From: a virus
Lineage: Duplodnaviria > Caudoviricetes
Length of the DNA: 64,000 bases
Strand: one strand, 5' to 3'
IMG/VR virus record: IMGVR_UViG_3300047576_000027
Span: 43,604 to 107,603 of that record
The position numbers and the translations under genes were made by a program. Positions 19,671 through 29,236 of this stretch are shown here, in pieces. The notes below the pieces were generated by a model. That model had not been told where the DNA came from. It did no database searches and worked only from the letters and a program-made list of their open reading frames with translations. Each line of letters opens with the position of its first letter. The stretch's first letter is position 1.

Positions 19671-21491
19671 TCAATTACAGAACCACCCTGTATAGCCGTA
19701 AACATAAGTGCAATCCACGCTGCCCAATGCAGGTACGGTGGCATTGAGAACCGTCAACGGAGAAAAGGTCGTATTGATAAACGTGATCCTCCTTTGATCC
19801 CAGCCGCGCGCTATAGAGGTTAAAGCCGTGCTGCCCGTAAGTCCGATAACTGCCGGATCGAGTGGGCCGGGGTCGAACGATGCGGCACTGGCCATAGTGG
19901 GAACGGTTGGTGCTCCGACATTATTTGCATAGACCCTATACGGGGTGGTTGACGAGTCCGTGAGGGGGCCGTTCGCATTTCCGCTGAGTTGGTTGCCGGT
20001 AACCGACCAGTTTGACACTCCAGAACCAATCGCAATACCGTAAGACTGAGTCGTTCCAACGTCGTAATAAGAACCGTTGAACTGACCACCGGTTATGTTC
20101 AAGCTCGTGACATTCCCTGCTGCGTACAGGCCATCGTACACGCCAATGCTGGCTATGCTGTTGCCAAGCGACCAAGCCCCGTTAATGGTGATGTTTGTAC
20201 CTCCCAGGATGTCAAACCCGTGGTGGCCGTTTATCACCGACTTATAGTCGGTAAATTTTATCTGCGAAATCGTCCCCGTGCTGCCAATGTAAACCCCGTC
20301 CTGCGTGGCGCAAGCCGACGCTGAATTCGCGAATATCCAATCGTTAACTATCCCCCCTGGCGGCGGGTTGATTACAAGCCCCTGCCCCGGATTGCAGTCC
20401 AGATAGACATTTATCCAGTTGCCAAATCTGGCAGTCTGGCCGCTCGGCGGGTCAATGAGAGCATCCTTGCCGCACCCGGTCACGTAGGTATTAGTGATAT
20501 CTTCCGCAGCGTCGCCAAGGATGTGGATGCCAATGCTCGTCAGGCCGACGTCCGTACAGGCGATCTGAATGTTATTGAGGAATGTGTTGCCGCCGTTGTC
20601 TGCATTAAACGTGATTCCGTCCCCGTTGTTGTACAGGATCACGATATTGTCCCAGGTGCCACGCTGGGTGATCTCCCCCGTTTGGTAAATCCCGTTGTTG
20701 ACGTAGTCAATGTTTATGTTTTTGAGGTTCAACTGAGCTTGATTATTGATATAAATTCCCGTGTTCGTATTAGATGTGGCAGGTCCGATAATTCTGAGAT
20801 TCTGAAGGCAGTTGCCCTGTCCGACGCCGCCTGGAGAATGGGGGCCGTCCTCGAATATGATATTGCCGGTGGAAGGACCGAGCCAATTCAGGACTACTGC
20901 GGGGAACGTTGAAACGCCCGACACGCACACGCCTTGTCCAATAATGGATATCTGACCGTATATATTCCATGTTCCTGCCTGGACTAAAACGTTACCGCCA
21001 GATGGTATTGTCGTCGCTGCCTCTTGAATTCCTGCGGATGCGCTTTGGACAGTCCATTGCCCGCTGTGACTGTTGGCGCAGGTCATGATAATGGTCCCTG
21101 AAGGTGCGCCAGACACGGCCGTTCCGCCCGTGACAAGACAAGATTCCGGAGTGCCAGTTCCACCGGAAGCATACATGTAGTAATTAACGTTTGTTCCGTT
21201 GACGCCGGGAGGGACTGGCCTTAGAGTGATGGAGTTTGAGCCCGGGTTGAGAGTCCCGCCTGGAGCCTGCGCCGCGAAATTAAAGTTGCTCGCGATAACG
21301 CTTCCCTGCCCGGCGATTACCTGGCTGTAGAGATTCGCGAAATTGGTATTGATCGTGGCCCTGGAGTCGCTCACCAGCTCCGTTCCCTGTATGACCGTGG
21401 GCGGCGGGGGAGTCTGCGAAAATGCAGGCCACGCTAAAATAAGGGTTGCCGCTATGGATGCTGTAAGTCTGGTCAAGGCGTCAGTCTTCAT
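19671..21491 (-). CDS. Beta-helix tailspike with Sec signal peptide
   Basis: Likely start MKTDALTRLTASIAATLILAWPAFS|Q; INTNFANLY docking motif; pectin-lyase-like repeats. Confidence 0.8.
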   Translation of the reverse strand: MKTDALTRLTASIAATLILAWPAFSQTPPPPTVIQGTELVSDSRATINTNFANLYSQVIAGQGSVIASNFNFAAQAPGGTLNPGSNSITLRPVPPGVNGTNVNYYMYASGGTGTPESCLVTGGTAVSGAPSGTIIMTCANSHSGQWTVQSASAGIQEAATTIPSGGNVLVQAGTWNIYGQISIIGQGVCVSGVSTFPAVVLNWLGPSTGNIIFEDGPHSPGGVGQGNCLQNLRIIGPATSNTNTGIYINNQAQLNLKNINIDYVNNGIYQTGEITQRGTWDNIVILYNNGDGITFNADNGGNTFLNNIQIACTDVGLTSIGIHILGDAAEDITNTYVTGCGKDALIDPPSGQTARFGNWINVYLDCNPGQGLVINPPPGGIVNDWIFANSASACATQDGVYIGSTGTISQIKFTDYKSVINGHHGFDILGGTNITINGAWSLGNSIASIGVYDGLYAAGNVTSLNITGGQFNGSYYDVGTTQSYGIAIGSGVSNWSVTGNQLSGNANGPLTDSSTTPYRVYANNVGAPTVPTMASAASFDPGPLDPAVIGLTGSTALTSIARGWDQRRITFINTTFSPLTVLNATVPALGSVDCTYVYGYTGWFCN

Positions 21492-21505
21492 CTCTTGTTT
21501 TCGCC

Positions 21506-23590
21506 TTAAAAGGTGGTAAGTGCCGACCGTTTCCAGGTGTTCGTCGCCGTGCAGACGTAAAAATACGAGGTGTCCCAAACCGCCGTTCCCGTTATGCACG
21601 TGCTGGAGCTGCTGGGAGGGGTTGCAAGAGGTTGATTAAAAACCCCGGTAATAGTCAGGTTTCCGGCACTGTCCACGATCAAAGGCGAAACCAACCCCGA
21701 TCCTGTCTCGAACACCGCGTTCAGTTTTCCACCTATCGGCCCCAACCACCACACCCCGCTGGCAGTCGTGCTACCTCCTATGGAGAAGATCAAGTTTGAT
21801 ATATTCCCTGAGGCCGAACGGTCAACCAGCAGGCTTGATGCCGATTGTCCGGAACCGAAAATAGAAGACGGGCCAGTTGTCGTGACGAGCGGAGCCTGCA
21901 ACGATACGCTTGCATTTACTGTTTGCGGGTATTGCACACCATCGCACTCGTAAACGCCGTTTAAAACTGACGTCCCAATACCGGACGGAAACACGCATCC
22001 CCACCCGACTCCGCTGTTGGCTCTCACCTGGTTCCAGTCGTTATTTGTGACCGAGATAAATGTCCCTGCCCCGCTTCCCTTGTCATCGGTCCTGTTCCCA
22101 ATTATTGTGGCGCGCGCGCTCTGCACGTTTATGGTCGGGTGAGTATAACTCGTGTTGCCCTGCCTGAAAAAGTGCCCGTCATTAACGATAAGACTTCCGC
22201 CCCCGGAGGTTGAGTCGCTGATGCTTGATATGTCGGCAGCCAGAGTCCACATCCAGGCATTAGTTATCTGTAAGTCCATCTCTCCATCCCCCGACAGCAA
22301 AACCAGAGGGCTGGAACCGGCAGTGCCGCCAGGATAGAAGAAGAAGTTTGTCGCCTTGACGTTCGTTGGTTGCCCCGGACAGCTTGAATTGGATACGTTC
22401 AGAACGGGAATGGAACCCAAGCTCCCCTGTGAAAAGCTGGTATTTGTGAACTCGTAGAATCCGCAGGTGATGTTTATATCGCCGTTGGTGTCAACCGTGG
22501 TGTTTACGAAGTGTGCGGGGAATGCCCACCCGCCAGATCCGACTACCGAATTGTATCCGCCGACCGAGTGAATCGAATAGGTGAAGTAATCAGTAACATG
22601 CAGGTCGTCTGCGCGCCCTATGTAAAGACCGTATATGTTGTTGGACAAATTTGTGAACGCGCTCAGTTGATTTGCTGTCATTTGATTCGCGACGGTTCCG
22701 TAAGGCCAAAATCGGACTTTGTCCAGATAAGTAGAGTCTGCTGCTCCGTCGATCTGAATCCCCTTGTCAAACATCGATGCCTGTAGATTTGTAATGGATG
22801 AGCCGCCCGCCTCAGCCCTCATGTCAACAACGTCCCATGCCAAAAAGACGCTTACATTGGTAATCGAAAATCTGGATACACCCTGAAAATAGAATGTTGG
22901 TGGCCAGTGGGTATAAAGGGAAATATTCGTCGAATCCGGTTGCGCATAAGTTACATTGAAATCGTGTACAACACAGCCGAATCCGGCAAAAGGAGCACCG
23001 ATAAACAGACCTTGCACGGTCAGGGGAAAATCAGCAGCAACCGTCAACGTCGTCGTCCAGATACCTTGCCCTCCAATGTTTTGATTTAGAGGGCAGTAAA
23101 CCGGCCCGTGTATGGTCACCGGAGCGGTGATCTGCACGCTGGTATTGCCCGCGGCGATGGCTTCAGGGAGTCCTCCCGCAACAGACCGGACTGACCATGC
23201 TCCGCTATGTGAATTGGCCGCAATGAACGTTATCGTCCCGACAGATGCCCCCGAGATGCACGACCCGCCAGTTATCATATCGGACTCGGCATTCCCCGAC
23301 CCGCCATAAAAATATAGCCAGTGGTCCGTGTCGTTTCCATTGACGCCCTGGGGACACGGAGACAGTGTGACTATGTTGAAGCCGGGGGAAATGGTGCCGC
23401 CCGGCATCTGCGGCGTAAAATTGTAGTTCTGGGCGGCTACAATCGGGAGACTGAGGAACTGATTCTCCAGGTATGCGAAATTATTGTTAATAATCGTGGG
23501 GCCGTTGCTGATGAGGTCGTTGGGCTGAATAACCGTTATCTGACCTGCCGCCACAGATGAAAACAACAATGCCAGAACAATCTTTTCCAT
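21506..23590 (-). CDS. Beta-helix tailspike with Sec signal peptide
   Basis: RBS AGGAGA; MEKIVLALLFSSVAAG|Q; INNNFAYLE docking motif; C-terminal WDTSYFYVCTATNTWKR. Confidence 0.8.
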   Translation of the reverse strand: MEKIVLALLFSSVAAGQITVIQPNDLISNGPTIINNNFAYLENQFLSLPIVAAQNYNFTPQMPGGTISPGFNIVTLSPCPQGVNGNDTDHWLYFYGGSGNAESDMITGGSCISGASVGTITFIAANSHSGAWSVRSVAGGLPEAIAAGNTSVQITAPVTIHGPVYCPLNQNIGGQGIWTTTLTVAADFPLTVQGLFIGAPFAGFGCVVHDFNVTYAQPDSTNISLYTHWPPTFYFQGVSRFSITNVSVFLAWDVVDMRAEAGGSSITNLQASMFDKGIQIDGAADSTYLDKVRFWPYGTVANQMTANQLSAFTNLSNNIYGLYIGRADDLHVTDYFTYSIHSVGGYNSVVGSGGWAFPAHFVNTTVDTNGDINITCGFYEFTNTSFSQGSLGSIPVLNVSNSSCPGQPTNVKATNFFFYPGGTAGSSPLVLLSGDGEMDLQITNAWMWTLAADISSISDSTSGGGSLIVNDGHFFRQGNTSYTHPTINVQSARATIIGNRTDDKGSGAGTFISVTNNDWNQVRANSGVGWGCVFPSGIGTSVLNGVYECDGVQYPQTVNASVSLQAPLVTTTGPSSIFGSGQSASSLLVDRSASGNISNLIFSIGGSTTASGVWWLGPIGGKLNAVFETGSGLVSPLIVDSAGNLTITGVFNQPLATPPSSSSTCITGTAVWDTSYFYVCTATNTWKRSALTTF

Positions 23591-23604
23591 TATTTTCACT
23601 TCTC

Positions 23605-26172
23605 CTAAAATGACAAAAACGGTGCGTGCGTTGCCTGCCAGTGCCCGTCGTTCCACGGCCCCGCGAACGGCCAGTCTTCGTATGTAAGCCTTGTGATTCC
23701 AATATTTTCGTCGTTAACTTCCAGATCCACTATCAGATTCTCATACCGCTCCCGATGATAATTAGCCAGTTGCAGGCTGAAGTACGGATTGGGGTGATCC
23801 ATATCCGCGCCGGGGTACGTCGCACATTTCTCAAGTGCCATCTCCAGAATTATTTCTCCGCGATTCGCAATGGGTGGGGGGAGAATAGGATTCTGCGCGG
23901 TCAGGTCGGTTTCCTTGACAAAGTAGATGAACGGGTACAGGTAACCATTAAAAGATGGCGCAGGCCACAGTTCATACCGCGCTACCCCGCTCGTGAGAAT
24001 TGATTCGGCGTTGATAGTGAACACGTCGCCGGCCACGTAAATGAGCGGACTCCCCCATGTATTGTTGTCGTCTTCCCACGGGATCGGCAGTTCCTGCCAG
24101 GTCGGCCCTGTTCCGCTGGGCCAGTAAACCTGTACGCCATCCGCGAGATCCTGCGGGGTTGTGGATGTGACAACCGGCAGGGAGAATACCAGTTGTCCGG
24201 CCCGCATCCACTGGAATGTGGCTACCCCGGCAGGGCCGCCGGTTACCACCTGGATGATGTAGACGGCACTGTCCGGGTATGTATATCCGAGTGTAGTTAC
24301 AGAAACAGGTGCCGGGTCTGTGGGAGATGTTACGGAGTTTACCGGGCCGATGATGCCGCCAAGATTGTTCGTAAAATCGTAGAATGCGATAGCGTACGTC
24401 TGCCCCTGGTTGGTCCGTTGCGGGTCGAGCATCGCCAGTTCATATTCCGTCGCCTGAGTCCACAACCTGTATCCGTCTTTGATGGATACGGCTACCTCAA
24501 AATAGCCGAAGTCGGCGGGGACCGGATAATACACCTGCAAAATCTGATAAGCGACAACTGAGACATCCTCGCCCGCCCACGGCTGATCGATGAGAATTTG
24601 GTTGGCTGAAAGCCATCCGGTAATCGTGTAGTAGGGGAAAAGCAAACCGCCGGCCCGTATCTGAGATCCGATCATGGATGGGGTCCATTCCGTCCCCGTG
24701 CCGGTGATAAGGTTCGGATTCCCGTTCGCCACATTCGTTGATACCCATCCGGCAGAGTAAAGCGTCGGCGGGGCGAATGTTCCGGACTTTCTCCGCCAGG
24801 ACCAGTCCTTGCGTGCCTGAAGAGCGTGCCATGAATCGTTGATCATTTGCTCGGCAAGCTGGATGCCGATAGCGGGACAACGGTCGAGAAGCCTGTTTGA
24901 GAGAGTATTGAAATCGTCTCCGCCAGTCGATCCCGAGATGAGTGCCGGACGCGGTCGTATAGTCCACGGCGCGGGGGCCATCGGGTAATTTTCGTAATTC
25001 CGGTTGGATACGGACACCTCTTCGTCAGCGGTTGCAAGCTCAGCAATGAATTTGTCTGCCCGTGTCTCGTGCAGGCTGGCAAGTTCCAGGTTGAAATAAA
25101 CGTTCGGATGCTCGCTGTCCTGCCCCGGAAACCGTGCGCAGGCAGCAAGCGCCATCTCCAGAATCACATCCCCGCGATTAGCGACAAATGGCGGCAGCGT
25201 CGGATTTTCCGCGTTGATATCGTATTCTTTTGCGATGTAAATATAGGGGTAAACGGAACCGGCGCCCGTGGGTGTCGGAGATGGCCATAATTCATATCGA
25301 GGCGCACTCTGTGTTACCTGTGATTTACAATTGATAATGAACGAATCCCCGGCCACGTATGTACCGGCCGGCCAGTAAACCTGCACGCCATCACTCAGGT
25401 CCTGCACGCTCCCCGAAGTGATCTGTATCGGCTGAAAGGACTGCTGTCCTGCGCGAAGCCACTGGAATGTGGCCGTTCCCACTGTGCCGCCGGACACGAC
25501 CTGAACGACGTACGATGCGTCTGCCGGATAACTGTAACCGAATGTTGTAGTACTTATGGGTGCCGGACCGGTGGGCGACGTGACCGGGATTACGGGACCG
25601 ATAACACCGCTGTAGTTGACGGTAAAGTCGCGGAATGCTGTAGCAAAAGCCGTTCCCTGGTTGGTCCGCTGCGGGTCGAGGACTGCCAGTTCGTTCTGAG
25701 TTACCGAAGTCCAGAGCCTCTGGTTGTTCTGAGTCGAAACAACGACATGGAAATAGTTGAAATCCGCCGGAACGGAATAGTAAGTCCGCAGTATTTGGTA
25801 CTGCTGCGATAAGACGTCGGGGCCAGCCCACGGCTGGTCGATCAGTATCTGGCCGGGGGAAAGATACTGCGAGATCGTGTAGAACGGATAAAGGGGACCG
25901 CCGATCCGGATTTGCAATCCGACCATTTGGGGAGTCCAGTTGCCCGTTCCGCTGATGAGATTGGGATAGCCAAGTGCGGCGGCTGTGGATGCCGCCCCGA
26001 CACTGTACACAACTGGCGGCGAAAACGTGCCCGATCTCCGCCTGAAACTCCACTCCCTGCGCGCCTGGAACTGGTGCCACGCATCATTAACCAACTGGCC
26101 CGCGAGAACAATCCCCACCGCCGGGCAGCGATTCTGGAGTCGATTGGTGAGCGTGGTGAAATTATCGGCCAT
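23605..26172 (-). CDS. Tandemly duplicated head-tail adaptor/ring protein
   Basis: Two ~420-aa homologous halves (FTTLTNRLQNRCP / FNTLSNRLLDRCP ... RYELWP). Confidence 0.75.
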   Translation of the reverse strand: MADNFTTLTNRLQNRCPAVGIVLAGQLVNDAWHQFQARREWSFRRRSGTFSPPVVYSVGAASTAAALGYPNLISGTGNWTPQMVGLQIRIGGPLYPFYTISQYLSPGQILIDQPWAGPDVLSQQYQILRTYYSVPADFNYFHVVVSTQNNQRLWTSVTQNELAVLDPQRTNQGTAFATAFRDFTVNYSGVIGPVIPVTSPTGPAPISTTTFGYSYPADASYVVQVVSGGTVGTATFQWLRAGQQSFQPIQITSGSVQDLSDGVQVYWPAGTYVAGDSFIINCKSQVTQSAPRYELWPSPTPTGAGSVYPYIYIAKEYDINAENPTLPPFVANRGDVILEMALAACARFPGQDSEHPNVYFNLELASLHETRADKFIAELATADEEVSVSNRNYENYPMAPAPWTIRPRPALISGSTGGDDFNTLSNRLLDRCPAIGIQLAEQMINDSWHALQARKDWSWRRKSGTFAPPTLYSAGWVSTNVANGNPNLITGTGTEWTPSMIGSQIRAGGLLFPYYTITGWLSANQILIDQPWAGEDVSVVAYQILQVYYPVPADFGYFEVAVSIKDGYRLWTQATEYELAMLDPQRTNQGQTYAIAFYDFTNNLGGIIGPVNSVTSPTDPAPVSVTTLGYTYPDSAVYIIQVVTGGPAGVATFQWMRAGQLVFSLPVVTSTTPQDLADGVQVYWPSGTGPTWQELPIPWEDDNNTWGSPLIYVAGDVFTINAESILTSGVARYELWPAPSFNGYLYPFIYFVKETDLTAQNPILPPPIANRGEIILEMALEKCATYPGADMDHPNPYFSLQLANYHRERYENLIVDLEVNDENIGITRLTYEDWPFAGPWNDGHWQATHAPFLSF

Positions 26173-26238
26173 TCAACATCACAAATAAAAATAGCCACCG
26201 CCCCGAAGACGATGGCCCGATGATTCAAGTGTCAAAAG

Positions 26239-26559
26239 TCAGCCTTTCTTCATGGACCGTTCTTTTTTCTTCATTCCCGCACTTTCGTGCTTACGGCCAG
26301 CTTCCTTGTGCATCCCAACCGCCTCATCCAGCCGCGCCTTGAACTGATGACCGAGCGTTTTTCTGAGATGACCGACAGCACTGGACATCGAAGTATGGAC
26401 GGCAGACTCCCGCTTGTGCATCCCATAAGGGTCGCCCTTATTGCCCTTTTCGAGCCGCTCCGTGTGACTGATTAAGCCACCCACGGCCGGTTCAAACCGG
26501 ATGTCGGATACTTTGCTCTCCATGTGTTTTTGGCTCAGGTCTTCGGGCATTAGGATCAA
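26239..26559 (-). CDS. Small Lys/His-rich protein
   Basis: Basic composition; in head operon. Confidence 0.6.
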   Translation of the reverse strand: MILMPEDLSQKHMESKVSDIRFEPAVGGLISHTERLEKGNKGDPYGMHKRESAVHTSMSSAVGHLRKTLGHQFKARLDEAVGMHKEAGRKHESAGMKKKERSMKKG

Positions 26560-26750
26560 TCCTTTTTGTGAGACGCTTTTCGGTAGACTTCCGCGAGTCT
26601 CGCCCGCTTGCCAAGTTTACCTGGTGCTTTTGCGTCTTTCTGGAGAGTCTTCAATGGAATCGTGCGCCCAGCCTTAATGTGAAGTTCTTTGCGCAAAGCT
26701 CCTTTTTTGGGATGAACATCCTGCATCCAATGCTCTTTTTCCTCAGCCAT
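26556..26750 (-). CDS. Small basic virion protein
   Basis: W..VHPKKGALRKEL...KAPGKLGKRARLA, a recurrent phage head-region motif. Confidence 0.7.
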   Translation of the reverse strand: MAEEKEHWMQDVHPKKGALRKELHIKAGRTIPLKTLQKDAKAPGKLGKRARLAEVYRKASHKKD

Positions 26751-26928
26751 TCACCCCTCCGCTCCCCGTTCCCATCACCGCTTCCAGCCGGTCAATATCC
26801 TCCCGGTTGGTCACTACTTTACTCAGTCCCTCCGCGAATTGAAGTTCAAGAGCATCCGGCCTGGTAACGATCCGGTTTACGTTTTCCAGGTTGAAGCGGT
26901 CCCCGTTGGCAAATTTGAAGATTAGCAA
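26743..26928 (-). CDS. Small hypothetical protein
   Basis: RBS GGAGG, TTG start. Confidence 0.5.
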   Translation of the reverse strand: MLIFKFANGDRFNLENVNRIVTRPDALELQFAEGLSKVVTNREDIDRLEAVMGTGSGGVNG

Positions 26929-26960
26929 TGGATCACCCCCTCCGGGGTATAGTTACCCCT

Positions 26961-27206
26961 TTAGCCAACGCGCGAGAAAACCGCTACTGAGGCCGCCCAG
27001 GCTCCCGCCGTTACGAAAGTAATGGTACTGCCGGATATGGTGACCCCCACGGCAATCGCAGTGGTAGGGCTGGCATTCACCCACCGGATATCCGCCTGAG
27101 GACAGGCGAACGTATCGCCATTATTTCCCGCGAGCGTGTAAACCTTGAGAATGCAGTCCCCAATGTCGCTGCGCTGCGTCACTGCTGTTGCTGTAAGAGC
27201 GGCCAT
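26961..27206 (-). CDS. Small capsid-associated protein
   Basis: Beta-rich 81 aa downstream of capsid; RBS GGGAGA. Confidence 0.6.
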   Translation of the reverse strand: MAALTATAVTQRSDIGDCILKVYTLAGNNGDTFACPQADIRWVNASPTTAIAVGVTISGSTITFVTAGAWAASVAVFSRVG

Positions 27207-27247
27207 CTGTTCTCCCTGTAATCGCTCAATCTTTAATCACTGAATCG

Positions 27248-27883
27248 TTAGTCGCTGAATCCGATGTTGATATCGGCAGTGCCGACTGTGATCCCGCCGG
27301 ATGTGCTCGTGGTCGCCGTAGTCCAGACTCCGAGAGCCTGAGTAGGCGCTGCGGTGCCTACCGCGCTGCTGATCGCATTGGCACTGTTGGCTGCTGTGTT
27401 GGCGCTGGCGAATCCGCCCTGAGTGATTGACCCGGACGCGGCCAGAGTAGCGTTCTGTTTCTGGAGAATAAGATCCGTTACGTAAAGCTGTGGATTGCCA
27501 TCCGACCCGTTGACGCCCGGGGTGGTGGTAACCGCTACCTGGAACACACCCGCAACGCGGTTGGGCGCGGCGGTGGGGCCGAGGTCGCAGAACCGGGGAT
27601 CGTTGGTGACGAGGGCCGTGAGGGTATTACTGCCCCCGCCCGCTGATCCGGGCTGGCCCTGAACTTTCCAGTACGCAAGCTGACCAGGCGCGACTGCTCC
27701 GACTGGCGTGGCTGATGTGGCTCCGGAGTCGAGCTGGACCCGAAGGTACTTGCCGCCAACGTTTTGGTCGGTGAAGGAACAACCGATTTCGCCGGGACTA
27801 TAAATAGGAGTCGGCGTGTTGGTTTTGTCGGGCGTCCCATTGTACATATAGGGGTTCGCAATCGTCGGATAAACTTGAGCCAT
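27248..27883 (-). CDS. Capsid decoration/cement protein
   Basis: Immediately after MCP; KYLRVQLDSG...VAGVF motif. Confidence 0.65.
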   Translation of the reverse strand: MAQVYPTIANPYMYNGTPDKTNTPTPIYSPGEIGCSFTDQNVGGKYLRVQLDSGATSATPVGAVAPGQLAYWKVQGQPGSAGGGSNTLTALVTNDPRFCDLGPTAAPNRVAGVFQVAVTTTPGVNGSDGNPQLYVTDLILQKQNATLAASGSITQGGFASANTAANSANAISSAVGTAAPTQALGVWTTATTSTSGGITVGTADINIGFSD

Positions 27884-28002
27884 AATGACTTAACTCCGTT
27901 TTTCGGTTGAATTCTGTATTGCAAAAAATTGTTCTGCGTGATTCGATTTTACTCTCCGAAAGCAGGCTCTCGGGGTCAAGATTGTTGAAAACAAACGACT
28001 TA

Positions 28003-29202
28003 TCACCCCTGGCAGTTAAAGCCGTACGTTACGTATCCCGGCAAAAAACTAAAATTGTGCGCCAGCAACACTTTCCCCACCAGCTTCGTGTTCCCCGCCG
28101 ACGGAATAAATCCGTCATCATCCAACGACCCGTCAAACGGCTTGGATTTGCTGGTCCGGTACTTGATCATCGGCTTGCGGATGTTCTCCACCCAGATGGT
28201 TTCGCCGAAGATGTTGCCGCCGGTCCCTACGCCGCCCGACCCGTTGCCCCACATCGCGGACGGTGCCGGGTAGGAGGTAGCATTTGAACCGGTCGCGTAA
28301 TTGATCATGCGGGTCGCGGTGCGGTCGTTGGTGCCGTTGGTGTTCGGAGTCGTTGCCGGGTTGGTTGACGCCACGCCGTTGGCGGGGTTCATCAGGTACG
28401 ATCCGGGCGCGTAACGCGAAGCATAGATTACAGCCGCGTTGTATTCGAGTCCCCTGAATCCGCCCTTGGCTGTCGTGACGTTCTGAAATCGCTGCTGGGT
28501 CTGGAAGTTGTTGCGGATGAAACTGTAAGCGATGGCGGTCGTGGTGATAACGTTCGGTTCGTACTTGCCGGAACCGAAGTTGACCGCCTGGTACATCTGA
28601 TCGAGAATCGGCAGCGTGATCGTGCCTCCCGCGAAGTTGTACGGTTTGGGAGCCAGCATACGGCCGCCGTAGAGGGATCGGGTCAGGGTTCCGTAAACCG
28701 GATAGGTATTGCCGTCCCATCCGATGTTGATACCGTCCGAGGATGCTTCCAGCAGACCATTCGGGAACTTTGAAAATGCCGCCGACTGGCCCTGAAGATA
28801 GCGCTGAATCGCAGTCTGCGCGCCCAACTGGACGAAGGCCGCGTCCACGCGCTCCGTCACGAGGTTGACGATTGCGAGCGCATCGCCCGCTACGTTGAAC
28901 ACGCGGATGGCTTCCTTGTTGAAGGGAATCATCGCCACGTTGAACTTGGGCAGGAACTGGAGCGCCTGCTCGATCTGCCGCTGGTCAGCCGGCAAGTCCT
29001 GGCCCATTGAGTAAGGACCGCCATCCTGCACGTCGTACTCGATGTTGTCATTCCAGTTCAGGCCACCCATTATTTGTTCATGGCACTCGTCGCCAATCAG
29101 GGACATCGTGGGATCGTGCTGGAAGACCATATCGCGAAGTTGCGGATTCTGGTCGATGTATCGCCGTGTGGTTACGGCGAGCATCCCTGCGGTATCTGGC
29201 AT
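28003..29202 (-). CDS. Major capsid protein (HK97 fold)
   Basis: 399 aa after scaffold; LAVTTRRYI, PNVITTT, QTQQRF, GFRGLEYN motifs; RBS GGAGG. Confidence 0.85.
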   Translation of the reverse strand: MPDTAGMLAVTTRRYIDQNPQLRDMVFQHDPTMSLIGDECHEQIMGGLNWNDNIEYDVQDGGPYSMGQDLPADQRQIEQALQFLPKFNVAMIPFNKEAIRVFNVAGDALAIVNLVTERVDAAFVQLGAQTAIQRYLQGQSAAFSKFPNGLLEASSDGINIGWDGNTYPVYGTLTRSLYGGRMLAPKPYNFAGGTITLPILDQMYQAVNFGSGKYEPNVITTTAIAYSFIRNNFQTQQRFQNVTTAKGGFRGLEYNAAVIYASRYAPGSYLMNPANGVASTNPATTPNTNGTNDRTATRMINYATGSNATSYPAPSAMWGNGSGGVGTGGNIFGETIWVENIRKPMIKYRTSKSKPFDGSLDDDGFIPSAGNTKLVGKVLLAHNFSFLPGYVTYGFNCQG

Positions 29203-29236
29203 AAATTAGTTCCTCCGAAATTCCTTAGTACCGGTA

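Noticed and set aside
2650-26172. Diversity-generating retroelement acting on fibres
   Set aside because: No reverse transcriptase and no TR/VR pair with A-specific mismatches seen in the window
26565-26575. Inverted copy of resolvase-site repeat (TTTGTGAGACG) implying an invertible segment
   Set aside because: Only 11 bp, inside a coding sequence and 18 kb away; compatible with chance
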